This document shows, piece by piece, positions 1 to 13,224 of a stretch of 64,000 nucleotides of DNA. The position numbers and the translations under genes were made by a program. The notes below the pieces were generated by a model, which saw nothing but the letters and a program-made list of their open reading frames with translations, ran no database searches and was not told the origin of the DNA. How positions within the stretch are numbered: the first letter of the stretch is position 1; the number at the start of each line of letters is the position of its first letter. The stretch comes from Chrysomallon squamiferum (lineage: Eukaryota > Animalia > Mollusca), in assembly GCA_012295275.1 (NCBI GenBank), contig CM022674.1:3658001-3722000 (forward strand), read 5' to 3'.

Positions 1-1572
1 ATTAAAGAAAGATACCTACAGAAACAAAGATAATATTAGATATTTTTTTTTTATGTTAATAGATTATTATCACATGTAAATATTCAAGTTCTCATATTAA
101 AGTCTGATCTATTCCGCAAATTTATCTGCCACGAACACAACACTTCAAAGCTGTCACGTGATATGGACAGTCTGTGACTGTGTAAATGAACTGTTTACTT
201 CTGATCTTATTAACCTGTTTCAAAAACATTCTTTGTCAGAACCAAGCCCCCAGGAGGTCCTAATGTTCAGGAGAGATGAAGAACAGAAGAAAGAAAAATA
301 TTAATTATTAATGATCAATAAATAAATAAATAAATAAATAAATAAATACATAAACATATGTATATATGCGCACGTATCTAAATACATACCTGCCTACATA
401 CACAGACACACATATACACATGCACACACACACACACACTTTCCCAAATGTTGTCCATATGCAGAATTTGATCAGACGAACACAAGACAACAGAATATTT
501 GTTCCTAAATATATAAATAGGCATACATGCTTAATATTATACATTCACTAAAACACACTCTAGCACACACACACACACACACACACACGCACGCACGCAC
601 ATACAAGCACAGACACACACACATTCAGATAAATTCCAATGACTACACCGGTAGCAACAATAATAACAGCATCAAGTTAAGTCGCATTATAAATATTTGT
701 AATGTTATAGTAGCAGCATAATTCACACGACAAATATTTGCATGTTCTTGCTCAGTTTTTGAAAAATAAATAAATACAACAAAAAAAAAAATTAAAAATA
801 AAGTAGAACAGCGCAAAAGTTAAAAGTGCCAGCCTGGAAGTGTATCAGAGTACACAAGCACGTGGACATGTTGAGATGTTCTTATTATTTCTGTGTTTGT
901 TTTGTATCTCTTGAAACTGACCTAGTAAGTGTAGACACTCTAGGTAATACAAATATAAACCGCCGCGTGGTTTGACCTAGTGGTTTACTAGCAACCCGGA
1001 CGCGAAATTTCTGAAATATTTTTTGTTCTTTGTTGAAGTCCTCACCTTTTGAATTCATTATGGCCAAGGACTGTGATAGTCTAATAACGTGAAAGTAACG
1101 TAATGTAATTAAATAAATACGTAAAAAAAAAAGAGTAAATAAATATACAAATAAGTAAATAAATAAATAAATAAATTAAATTAAATTAAATTAAATTAAA
1201 TTAAATTAAATAACATAAAATAAATGTTCATTAAATGTACCATTCAGTAATTTAGACATTTTGCTAATTTTTAATAGTATCTTTGTGCTTAATATTGTTT
1301 AACGGCAGAATTAGTATTTCGTGAATTCCGTCACCTTCAGGCGTACGTTTTAACCCTTTCAAGGTTGAGCATTAGTCTATCACATTGTTAAAGACAACTT
1401 CATCCATATTTCAACTTAGAAATGTTAATAATAATGGTAAAAACTTCATCATTTGTGGGATATTTATTAACAATATTAACGTTAATCTTTTACGAAAAAG
1501 AGATTTGACAGTTTCGAAGTCTCTGTGTTTTTCTGCTTCTCTTTATCTCTCTCTTTACCTCTCTATTCTATT

Positions 1573-1607
<35 letters not shown>

Positions 1608-2023
1608 ATCTATATATATATATATCTGTGTCTATGTCTATGTTAATACTAAAATATAGATGCATATATATATATATATATATATGCATATCGGAGCAAT
1701 ATACTAATACATATTCATGAATACAAACTTACTTCGAATATTACATTACCCATTCCATACACCTGCGCGATTTATTCTGTATGACGTGACGTAACATAAA
1801 CTCTGACCGTCAAGACGGCAACATACATTAGTTTAACTAACGCCAAATGGTGTAATAATAATTCTTATGTGTGAACATGCCTTTAGATTAGTCACTGTCA
1901 TCGCGTGATTCCAGTATGTTGAAAATAACGTGCAGATAATTTGACCTTTGGTTCGCTTACGTCAGTAGTGACTTTATTTATTTATTAACTTATTTATTTA
2001 TTTATTTTATTTATTTATTTATT

Positions 2024-2062
<39 letters not shown>

Positions 2063-2516
2063 TTAACTTATTTATTTATTTATTTATTAACTTAAATATT
2101 TATTTATTTATTTATTTATTTATTTATTAACTTATTTATTAATTTATTAATTAATTAATTTATTTATTTATTAACTTATTTATTTATTTATTTATTCATC
2201 CATTCACTTATTTATTTATTTATTTATTCACTTATTTATTTTTTGTTGATGCTGATGTTGTCGTTTCAGTAATTTTAGCTTTATTGTGTATAAAATGTTA
2301 TCTTTGCACATCTACAACTACTACTACTACTACTATTGTTGAGGAAGAAGCATCTTTTACCACTATAACTACTACTAATATATTATTACCACTACTAACA
2401 CTAATAGCACCATTACTGCTACTAGCACTAATTGTTACCTCTACTATTACCATAACAAGTATTAATACTATTAGCACTACTAATATCACGACTACTACAA
2501 CAGGTATCACTAATAG

Positions 2517-2551
<35 letters not shown>

Positions 2552-3039
2552 ATAATAATAATAATAATAATAATAGCAATAAACAAAAAACAAATAGACA
2601 AAATAAATAAACAAGTAACGTACCATTCATTAGAAAACTGGGTCAAATAGTTGTCTTTTTTATATTTTTGCTATATTCCATATTCTAAAGCATATATTAT
2701 TAAAGCAAATAATATAAGCGTATTATAAAGCATGACATGTTAAAAAAAAAAAGAGATGCCTTTATTTATTAACATGTTTTTATTACGTGTTTTACAAGTA
2801 ACTAAAATATGCGTTGAGATGCGATATAAATTACAACCAGTTTGTCTGCATTCTGAATGCTAGACATTTTGCAATTTTCTAAGACAAAAAATTTTAATTT
2901 TTACTTTTAACATTTTTAAATTCAATCCAGTAACAAGTACTGCTATATATATATATATTTTTATATATATATATATATAATTATTGGGGATTGGGGGTTT
3001 TTTACTGTTCTTATTATTCATTTTTTTCTCTTTATTTCA

Positions 3040-3092
<53 letters not shown>

Positions 3093-3589
3093 TACTTTAT
3101 TGATTTATTATTTAATAAGTTATTTATTATTTCTCTCTTTTTGTTTTGTTTGCTTATTTATTATTTATTTAGTTATTTTTTTTTTTTATATATTTACTTT
3201 AATGTATAGATTTCTTGTTCAATTTAAATTCAGTAGGTACAAAAGTTTGCAGAAATCTGATATTCAAATTAAATAGTTTTTTAATGAATGCTAGACGAAA
3301 TTTTTTAATAATAATAATAAAGCGAATTAAACTCATAATCATATTATGGAACATATATAATTGATTTGTAACTTTAAAAAAAAATGTTCAGGATATTTTC
3401 TGATACTCAAGGATATTTTTACCAGTAATGCTATAGCAGAAGTCTTATTCATTTTGTAATATCAGGCCTGTTAGGGTTTACATAAAGAAAACAATAAAAA
3501 AAATAAACATTTAATATATGCAGCTTACCCTTAAAATTTATTGTTTAGGCCCTTTTAAGGTGTAGATCAAAACTGCCTGCGTAAATGAA

Positions 3590-3640
<51 letters not shown>

Positions 3641-3909
3641 TGATAATAATAATAATAATAAAATAATCATCACCATAATAATAATAAAAATAATAAAATA
3701 TTTGAACAGTCTTGAAATCATTTTAATCCAAGCAGTGAAAATGAGAACAATTTTCAACAAAAATCTTTTGTAAACCAAATATTAACGTCTGTCAAAGAAA
3801 AATATTCTGAAGAAGTGATGATGATGACAATGATGATGTTGTTGTTTACTACATTTTTCGGCTGTCCTATATCAAATATTAATGTGTGTTACCAAAAAAA
3901 TAATTGTCC

Positions 3910-3946
<37 letters not shown>

Positions 3947-3980
3947 CGTTATTATTATTATATTTATAATTATTATTTTG

Positions 3981-4111
3981 TTAATGTCGTTCGTAGAATT
4001 TCGGAATCTGTTCTCCAGTTAGCGTAAATCTCTCAACACCGTCTTTGGTTATTGAAGCTAGTCGTACAATACCACCACTTGAACCATCGCGGTTCATAGC
4101 CAGAGCAATAG
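3981..4111 (-). CDS. PSMB6: PSMB6 exon 6 (terminal): [43 protein letters not shown]
   Basis: tttcag acceptor 4114-4112, RDGSSGG motif, TAA at 3983-3981. The six exons sum to 705 nt (234 aa plus stop) in one continuous frame. Confidence 0.95.
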
Positions 4112-4172
4112 CTGAAAGAAAAAAACACACACGATTAAATCATAATAATGTAGCGTTGACATACACCAAAGA

Positions 4173-4179
4173 CAGAGAG

Positions 4180-4275
<96 letters not shown>
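4173..4275. repeat. (GA)n microsatellite in PSMB6 intron 5, representative of many (GA/TC)n tracts
   Basis: Direct reading; others at 20929, 22143, 26052, 44895, 49679, 52126, 52965, 54227 and 54675. Confidence 0.97.
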
Positions 4276-4278
<3 letters not shown>

Positions 4279-4954
4279 TTATTTAAAGAAAGACAGGGTA
4301 TACTAATCTAAATGATAAGCTATTCAACAAGTAGATCACTTCAATGTTTCCTATATACAAAGTATGAAAAAGAATTCAATAAGATGAAATAAATCAAGAT
4401 CTTCAATCATTAGTTTCTGAGTTGTCTCCCTTCATTTTTTCTTTCTTTTCTTTTTTTAAGCACTCTTTAAAGAAAACAGCTAATTGAGAATAATAATTTT
4501 GAGTAATAAATTTTTTTAATTTATAAGGAATAGATAAAAAATATATACAAATTTCAATGGATAAACAAATAATCTTATATAATTATATGGGAAATATGAA
4601 AGTTAAATGAAACTTCCCATGCTGAGTTAACTGTTGTATGTATGTTTTTCTAACAGAAAATGTTTGTTAAACAAAATAAATAACAATCTGTTAAATAAAA
4701 CAAATCTTCAGGCATTTATAAAACAAAATAAATAACTGACATTTGTAAAATAAAACTTAAATTAATTATTATCTGTAAAACAAAATAAATTTGTATGGGA
4801 TGATGATCCTTCATCTAAATTCTGAAATCCTAAAACGTTTTTAATCAAGGAATTGAGATAAGGATAATACAGATTTTCACAAAATAATTTAATAAATCAG
4901 ATACAAACCATCTAAAGGCCATGTTTATAAATAATACCACAATATTAAAAATAC

Positions 4955-4994
<40 letters not shown>

Positions 4995-5195
4995 TCTTTT
5001 TATTATTGTTATTATTATTATTCATTTGAAAACGGTTAATAAAATACAAACAAATTTTATGAATTTCGATCTAATTCTTCGATAGCTCTTTACAATATTC
5101 AAAAACGTCAAAATCAAAAACTCTTTAGGTTCAAAACATTTTTTTTTGAAATGGGATGGTCATACTGCACTTAGAACAGTGAGAACATGAGTTAC

Positions 5196-5340
5196 CATTA
5201 GCAACAAACTGAAGACACTCCTCCTTAGAGAAGCTGGCCTTGTACTGAGAGTCCACATAACCATAGAGAAATGTGCTTCCTGATCCTCCAATAGCAAATG
5301 GTTGTCGAATCATCAGGCCTCCAAGAGGTACAGTGTACAC
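5196..5340 (-). CDS. PSMB6: PSMB6 exon 5: [48 protein letters not shown]
   Basis: ttcag acceptor 5343-5341, G|GTAACT donor; 145 nt; IGGSGS motif (Ser129 region). Confidence 0.96.
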
Positions 5341-5889
5341 CTGAATGAAAGAAAGAATAAATGGATGGATGGGAGGACTGAATAATGGATGAATGTAGAC
5401 TGGATATTGACACTCTTACGATTACTGATATGGATGTTGCTGGATGTGGATTTTGATTTATAGATGGACTGATGAACGGATGGATGGATGGATGGATGTA
5501 TGAGTGGATGAATGGATACATTAATAATATAAGTAAATGAATGAACGTATGACTGATGAATACATTTATTAATAAATGAACGAATGAATGAATGTAAAGG
5601 GACGTTAATAAATGAATGAATTAATATTTAGTAACATCTCTGTACAAAATTACACATCTGAATATACAAATCAAAAACATCCAAGTAATTACAGAAACTA
5701 ACAAAATTAATATCTGATAACATGTCTTTATAAAATTACACACGTTTTTAGATTTTGTGAACAACGAAACTGAATTTACAAGTAGTATTTGTAGAAATGA
5801 AAAAAAAAAAGTTAAATCTTTTTTTTTACGTTGGATTATTTTTGTGATCCAGTAATTTATGATATATCTCTGTTACCATAACAACCCAC

Positions 5890-6019
5890 CTGACCCCCTT
5901 TTATCTTGTCCCACCCTCCAACAATGATCCCAGCTGTTATACTGTCTCTGTTTTCGTAGCAAAGATCTTTAAACACACTGGCTGCAGTATGAACAAGAGG
6001 TTCTGTTCCCATTTCCATT
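5890..6019 (-). CDS. PSMB6: PSMB6 exon 4: MEMGTEPLVHTAASVFKDLCYENRDSITAGIIVGGWDKIKGGQ
   Basis: tttcag acceptor 6022-6020, CAG|GTGGGT donor; 130 nt; AGIIxxGWD..GGQ beta1 motif. Confidence 0.96.
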
Positions 6020-6074
6020 CTGAAAGAAACCATGAAAAGTTTTAATGTTTTTTCTCTCTTCATTTTCTAATTTA

Positions 6075-6465
6075 TATGGATAGATGGATAGTAAAATTCA
6101 GTCATAAATGAAAAGAGAAACAGAATCAAAATTATCTTTACTTTATTTTTTTGTTTTAAGAGAATTATAATAACGATATATGGATATCAAAAGGGATGTA
6201 AAAAATATTTTTTTATTTTGTAACTTGTATGGATAGAGGGATAGTAAAATTCAGTCATAAATGAAAAGAGAAACAGAATCGGATATCAAAAGGGATGTAA
6301 AAAATATTTTTTATTTTGTAACTTGTTTGGATAGATCATTATATGGATAGTAAAATTCAGAAGTAAATGAAAAGAGAAACAGAATCAAAAAATTATCTGT
6401 ATTTTTTGTTTTTGTTTTAAGAGAACTGCATGTAGTGATATACAGATATCAAAAGAGATGTAAAT
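6075..6465. repeat. Three-copy degenerate tandem repeat (about 100-150 bp unit) in PSMB6 intron 3
   Basis: ggatagtaaaattcag..taaatgaaaagagaaacagaatc and gatatcaaaag.gatgtaaa each occur three times; the middle copy has an internal deletion. Confidence 0.85.
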
Positions 6466-6683
6466 GGTATTTTTATATTACATAACATATTATGCATGAA
6501 CTTTGATAGACACAATGGAGAAAAGAATGTTTTAATATTATGTAGATAGAGAGATAAGAAAAAAGTGTAAGATACCAAATGTTAAAAGTCAGTGAAGATA
6601 AAAAAAAAAGGATAAAACATGACAAATGACATATATGAAGAAGGATAAATAGACTGCAAGAAAAGTTGAGAAAGTAAAAGCAA

Positions 6684-6716
<33 letters not shown>

Positions 6717-7007
6717 GAACTATAGTGAAAAACCAAAGTTGCAGTAGACTGTATTACACATAAACTAATCTAAATCTTGTTCTAAGCTTCATTTCAAATA
6801 TACTAAGATTCCAAAAATTAATTTAATCATTTCTTCCTTTTTCTCTTCACAAAAAACAAAAAAAAATCCATATATTCCGCAATGAAAACAACTGAACAGA
6901 TGAAGAAAATAATATTTAAAAAGCTAAAAAGCTATTCTCGCTGACTGTAAATGATCTCGAAAATGTTCATATCTCTAACTAAAAATATCCACATTAGTAC
7001 TACTTGC

Positions 7008-7139
7008 CTGTAAAAATTGAGGTGGTAGTTGACGATGTCAGCAACAGCCTGAGTGTCTGCCGATGAGCCAGATCTACAGCAGTAGATGTACTCGGTCACT
7101 TTGGTCAGTTTGTCTGTCACTCGGTTTGGTATGTACGAA
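7008..7139 (-). CDS. PSMB6: PSMB6 exon 3: [44 protein letters not shown] (Lys33, Arg45)
   Basis: tttcag acceptor; 132 nt; phase-2 ends match both neighbours only if the donor is the non-canonical AG|GCAAGT at 7007. Arg45 identifies the caspase-like beta1 subunit. Confidence 0.95.
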
Positions 7140-7559
7140 CTGAAATACATCATCAAGAATAAGTAAATAGATTTAATTTAACTAACTTAATAAAGTAAAG
7201 AAAAATAATCAGGCCTAGCACTTCAGCTGTGGTGTCATTTAACTTTCTTATTACCACCAAGATACAGTTCCATTAAAAATTAATCAGTTCCATTAATCCA
7301 TTTTTTTTTTTAATATAACTTAACCACCTGCTAATATGGTCATTGACAACACAAATTCTTATAACAGTGACTTAGTTATCTAGGGAGCAATTAGCTCATA
7401 TAGTTGTAACACATACAGATAAGCTTTTCTGTACTGTATTTCTATTCTGTTGCTTTTCCCAATCTCTTCTAATACAAACAGTAACTAAAATAATATGATA
7501 TTGATAATAAAAGCATTTAAAGTTATTATAATTTTTATGTAATTTAGACATTCAGTTAC

Positions 7560-7627
7560 CCAGTTGTGGTCCTTGAATCGGCTCCAATAACAACACCTCC
7601 ATCAAACTCTACAGCCGCTATTGTAGT
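7560..7627 (-). CDS. PSMB6: PSMB6 exon 2: [23 protein letters not shown], containing catalytic Thr1 and Asp17
   Basis: CAG acceptor 7630-7628, GTAACT donor; 68 nt; classic mature N-terminus of proteasome beta1. Confidence 0.96.
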
Positions 7628-8128
7628 CTGCAAGTAAATATTTTGAGAAAATATATCAGATAATTTGATACAGAAATGATAACTTCAAAGTTATTTCTGC
7701 CACTATATATATATTAAAATAACGAAAAGAGAGGAATGCTTTATTTAACAAAAATATGAAACACTTAAGTGACTATATGTCTACAGTTGTATCTGCAATT
7801 CACATTCACTGATTAAAAATTCAGCACAATGATACTATTACATAGGAACATTGAGAAAAATAAAAGACAAGATTTAACTTAATGCACACTGTTGTTTATT
7901 TGTTTGTTTTTGTTTTGTTTTTCTCCGAAATACTAGCACAATATATTCGAAGAAATACTCTACATTATAAAAAAGAATTGAAAGATAGCCCTTAGTAATA
8001 CGAAATTACGATATTGTCGGAAATGCACTACATACTATTAAAAGTGTTTACAATTAATAAATAAAGTCATGTTCTTTTAGTATATATATTCTGTTCATAT
8101 GGAGCTATAAGTTTGTTTTAATTCTTAC

Positions 8129-8227
8129 ACCAGTAGAATGTTCAGCTCCCATCCATTGATCAGACAAATATTTAGGCACTGATGAAAAAGTCTGCGCTGG
8201 AAATTCATTCATCATCATCGACGCCAT
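8129..8227 (-). CDS. PSMB6: Proteasome subunit beta type-6 (beta1), exon 1 of 6: propeptide MASMMMNEFPAQTFSSVPKYLSDQWMGAEHSTG
   Basis: ATG at 8227 in context aaacATGG; 33 codons ending in ...HSTG, then a GTAAGA donor (phase 0) exactly at the propeptide / Thr1 cleavage site. Confidence 0.9.
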
Positions 8228-8621
8228 GTTTGTAGTTTGTTGTAATTCCCACCTTTAGCATGGGTTTGCTGTGTTAAAGCAGTCAATTTTGTTATTATTA
8301 AATATTTTATTTTTATTTTTAGATACTTTATCACACAATTGGAAATTAATACCAGTCTTTAAAGTTTTTAATAATTGGCATGCATATATTTTATAACGTA
8401 TCAAATTCGAAGACTTTGAAGATAATGACGTAATAACTACTACAGGTTTTCCTCCGCCTTTAATTTGCCAGAAATAAATTTTATTAACACGGAAAAAACA
8501 GAAACGGCAAGCGAGCTTTTAATTGTAATTCAAGTTAAAATTAAAAATTGATACTGCCGTGGTCAGTAAAGCATATGTTTGGCTTTTGTGGACGCGATAT
8601 CTTATTATTATTATTATTATT

Positions 8622-8669
<48 letters not shown>

Positions 8670-9348
8670 ATTATTATTATTATTGTCACTTAATGTAACA
8701 TTAAATCATTAAAAACACAGCGAATGCTTTGTCAAAATACAGAGTATTATTTTATTCATTTATGCTGATGTCGATATAGAAACTAAATATGACTTAATTC
8801 TTTTACTGTCTTATAAGGAGAAAAATAATAGAAAACAAACAACAAACAAACAACATAATCGAAAGGAAATATTTGTAGACTGAATGATTTTATGTTCTTG
8901 TTGTCCTCTCAAACTACTTGGCTACGGTACGAACAACAAACAAAGACTAATATAAAATAATAATCAAAAGCATGTTGGGAAACAATAGCATTGTGAGTTT
9001 ACTTTGTATTTAGTTTGTACTAATCCCTTTGGAACACGCATATCAATATTAAAACCAGGAAAAAAGGCATCTGCGTTTTGTTTTATGCGTCTTATTAATA
9101 TTGAAGCTTTCTCAGCTCCGTTAAACTTGGTTAGTTACTCTGAATAACACGTTCTCACTGCGAAATACGAGACTTTTGCTGTGAAACCTGAATGCCTCCA
9201 TTACAACTGAAAAAAAAAATGCAGTTTTTGCTAAATTCGTGTCACAGAATTAAGACTGCAACATTCATACGGGCAGTGTAAACAATTTTAATTTCGTATT
9301 CTTTCTTTCTTTCCTTCTTTATATATATGTTTTTTCTCGTTTTTTTTT

Positions 9349-9400
<52 letters not shown>

Positions 9401-10203
9401 TTGGGGGTTTTGTTGGCTTTTTCAACTGTGTCTTTTTCTTCTGATACAGAATAATTTAAAATCGAATATGTAAAATTAAAACTTTTCATATAAATAAAAC
9501 TGTGTAACATTTTAATTGCAAAACGACAGTTAAAGAAATAATTACTGGACAAAGATAATAATTTTATTCAAAAGCAGAATGTAAATAATTAAAGCTGTCA
9601 GTTCCACTGACAGTAATATATATAGATAAGGAAATTTTCCGTTTCGTTTAAATCTTTATAGAAAAACGGAGTTCCATAAATTTTATCTCCTCCTCCCCCA
9701 CCCCGCATCACCCCACCATTTCAGGTCAAAAAGTCCAGGATACGTTACTGTAACATAATTTAAAATTCCAACAATAAATTCCGTTGTAAATAAATAATCA
9801 GGTTTCAGTTAATTATTCCGTTTAGCTTTCTGTTTCGTAAATATTTTTTTACGTTAAATAGTTTTCAAGGCTCCGTGAAAAGGGTGATCTGGTCCTGTTT
9901 GCAGATGGTTCAGAATTGGGAAATTTGTTACAGAAAAAAAGTTTTAAGGATTATTTAATATTATTTTACAGAATATTGGTGCTGGTGTCTTTATTACAGG
10001 ATCACATTACAGCAGTAATTCTCAAAATGGGCAGATGTAAATGTTTGTAATTAAACTTATTTAACTGAACGCCTTTCTGTGACGGTATAAACTTATCTTA
10101 GGAGCACCAGCCTTTAAATTTATTTGAAATGGCGTTTTTATTGCAATACTCTGAAAGATGGAAGCGTATTTACATATAGGTATCATGTTTTACCAGCTTA
10201 TGA

Positions 10204-10258
<55 letters not shown>

Positions 10259-10780
10259 ACAACAACAAAAAAATAATAATAATAATAATAATCATCATCA
10301 TCATCATCATCAGTATATTAAGCAATAATAATATCTGCCTTTTAACACGCAGAGTAGAGTATAATCTTTAAAGTACTTAATGTTGAATGTTGTCACATTT
10401 TATTACACAAAACTGAAATTATTCACAATACATCTTCGACATTTTAACACAGAATCGATGGCAGTGTTTCTGTTAAGAGAAAAAAAAAATTAAAAAGGGG
10501 AAAAAAGGGAGATAACAAATGAATCAATACTATTTTAATGGATCCCGGGAGGCACGTTGTATATTTACGAATAACTCAAATGACACATTGTTTGACGCCA
10601 TGTTTATTTTCGTCACGGTTGATGGAACAGCGTCAGTTCAGCTTCAGGAAACAGTTTGTATTTGAAATAACGTTAATTTTCATGTTAAACTGAATAATTT
10701 ATATATATATATATACATTTTGATCATTTCTCCATAACCGTAGGTATTGCTTTTGAAAAGTTATTAATTAAACAACTAAT

Positions 10781-10820
<40 letters not shown>

Positions 10821-11225
10821 TAATTATTAAGATATCTGCCTTCTTTTGCCAAATTAACGGGCATTCTTGGCAATAGTGCTTTTTTTTTGATCACTGAAAA
10901 ATAAAATAAAATAAAATAAAATAAAATAAAATAGAAATAAATAAATAGAAAGGAAAGGCTTCAAAACTGTTTCAGAATGTTCAGTATCAACGAACTGAAT
11001 GTGTTCCTACGCACAGTGTCACAGCTGAACTCTAAATTATTTCCCGTTTAATACTGGAATAATTTTATGATCCTATTTTCTGTTTGTTTAAAGCCATGTA
11101 ATATAACTGGCAATATAATTTGTTTTCATCAGTATAAAAGTGATATAATTTGGCTGGAAACAATTATAATAAAAGTATGTTGTTATCTTTTATGTGTGTT
11201 TTTCGTTTATTTTGCTTATTTTTAC

Positions 11226-11260
<35 letters not shown>

Positions 11261-11526
11261 GTCTGTCTGTCTGTCTATTTACCTGTCTATCTATCTATCT
11301 GTTTGTCTGTCTGTCTATCTATCTGTCTGTCTGTCTGTCTATCTGTCTGTCTATATATATATATATACCTGCCTACCTACCTATCTGTCTATCTTTTTAT
11401 TTATTTATTTATTTATTTATTTAAAAGCTTCTGTCACTTTCTGGTTATTAAAGATCGTGAAGACACTTTGGATAGAGTTTTTTTTTTTTTTCTTTCTTCT
11501 TTTTAATTTTTCACTTCTTATTTTAG

Positions 11527-11620
11527 GTTGTGGCTCCGGAATAAATATCGCCCTACACAAGTCAACTCGTCAGTCATCGACAGAGGCAGGGGCAGATATA
11601 GCCCCGCTGCTGTTGCTGCT
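11527..11620 (+). pseudogene. F-type lectin (fucolectin / F5-8 type C-like) domain, N-terminal exon remnant: [24 protein letters not shown]
   Basis: Polypyrimidine tract plus tttag acceptor at 11526. NIALxKxTxQSST is the canonical FTLD start. The expected AVDG motif appears only as frameshifted SPAAVA, after which the exon runs into a (CTG/CTA)n tract. Confidence 0.7.
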
Positions 11621-11777
11621 GCTACTACTACTAATACTACTACTGCTACTACTACTACTACTACTACTACAACTGCTGCTGCTGCTACTGTTACTACTGC
11701 TACTACTGCTGCTACTGTTACTACTGCTACTACTGCTGCTACTACTACTACTACTACTGCTACTACTACTACAACAC

Positions 11778-11814
<37 letters not shown>

Positions 11815-11831
11815 AACTAGTACTACTACTG

Positions 11832-11863
<32 letters not shown>

Positions 11864-11960
11864 GCTACTACTACTACTACAACTATTACTACTAGTACTA
11901 ATTTATAATAATGATGATGACGACGACGACGACGACGACGATGATGATGATGATGATATA
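11610..11960. repeat. Compound (CTA/CTG)n plus (GAT/GAC)n microsatellite
   Basis: Direct reading; source of the poly-Leu and poly-Thr ORFs in the track. Confidence 0.95.
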
Positions 11961-12013
11961 TTCCTTACTGGGATTTATTTATTTATTTATTTATTTATAA
12001 TATTCCGTTGCAG

Positions 12014-12200
12014 CGACACGACTAAGAAATATTACTGTTGAGATATTTCACAATGACCGATTGCAGCATATCCAGACACTGTTGTCGGTGACCACGTTAC
12101 TGTCACGTGCGCATCCGGTGCACGTGAAAGGTTTCTAAAAATAAGCAATGATAACTTAGAGGGCGTTCTTACTATGTGCGAAGTCAGAGTGTCAGGATAA
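12014..12200 (+). pseudogene. F-type lectin domain, C-terminal exon remnant: [14 protein letters not shown] / frameshift / AAYPDTVVGDHVTVTCASGARERFLKISNDNLEGVLTMCEVRVSG*
   Basis: ttgcag acceptor 12008-12013. RLxNxTVE, C..G..(G)RFxxI and LTMCEVxV are the FTLD C-terminal strands. The two halves lie in different frames (shift near 12055-12062). Confidence 0.75.
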
Positions 12201-12702
12201 ACCGTCCCTAAACAAGGTTAATGATAGAACCACCGTAGGATTACACGCACAGACAGACACACACACACACAGACAAACAGACAAACAGACATTCACAAAC
12301 ACATACACTTACATTATACAGACATACAGACCAACACACTCACGTAGACACATACATAAATAAATACATGCATGCATACATACATACATACATACATACA
12401 TACTTACAGATAGACATACATATTCAAAACATGTACATACATATACATTATGTATACCTTTTAAATACATACATAAAACACACACATACATACACAAATA
12501 TATATCTTGTATATATTAATTAATGATTTTACTTTTACGTATGTAAATAAATATTTTTAAAATATGATATATCAAAATAATAAATATACAGCGAAAAGAC
12601 CGATGTTAATACAAATAATATCAAATGAGCTTTCACAATCCTCGTTTTATATAAACACTTTTAAAAGCTAAATTATTCAAACTTATTTCATTTTGATTTC
12701 AG

Positions 12703-12850
12703 AAAACAATTTTGAGTTTCGGCTCCAGCCCGATGCTGGTTTCTTATCTAGCAAAGTTCCATCGAAACGGTTCCTTATCAGTGCTGTGGCACGTGTCTCC
12801 AAAGTCACGTGATACTCTTTCTTTCTAAGGATTGCCATGGATACGTTTAA
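12703..12850 (+). pseudogene. Possible third exon remnant of the lectin gene, Cys-containing and PAN/apple-like
   Basis: tttcag acceptor at 12702. Reads NNFEFRLQPDAGFLSSKVPSKRF, then QCCGTCLQSHVILFLSKDCHGYV* in a shifted frame; in-frame TGA at 12810. The domain call is pattern resemblance only. Confidence 0.3.
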
Positions 12851-13158
12851 CCATTGTAAAACTGTACAGTGCATCCTCGTGCATAGAAAAACCTTTGTAA
12901 AATGTTTTGTTTGTTTGTTGTTGTTTTTTGTTTTTTTTTGTTAATTTGTTGTTTTTGTATTTCTTTATTTTATTTTATTTTTGATTCTTTCTTTCTATAT
13001 GTATTTATGTATGATGCATGCATGCATAAAATATTTTACTACGACTGTATGTATTTGGTCAAAATAATAATAATAATAATAATAATAATAAGAAGAAGAA
13101 GAAGAAGAAGAAGAAGAAAATCAAAAGAAATGAAATAAAATAAAAAAATAAAATCTCT

Positions 13159-13224
<66 letters not shown>

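Noticed and set aside
240-279. Possible plus-strand terminal exon (ctttgtcag|A ACC AAG ... TKPPGGPNVQER*)
   Set aside because: Plausible acceptor, but only 13 codons and no upstream exon inside the window.
960-1010. tRNA/SINE-like A box (tgacctagtgg) and the 60-aa ORF at 885-1067
   Set aside because: No B box or cloverleaf; the ORF has no recognisable motif.
9970-11180. Possible upstream exons (signal peptide or Cys-bearing) of the lectin relic
   Set aside because: Fragments contain stops and could not be joined in a consistent phase by eye.
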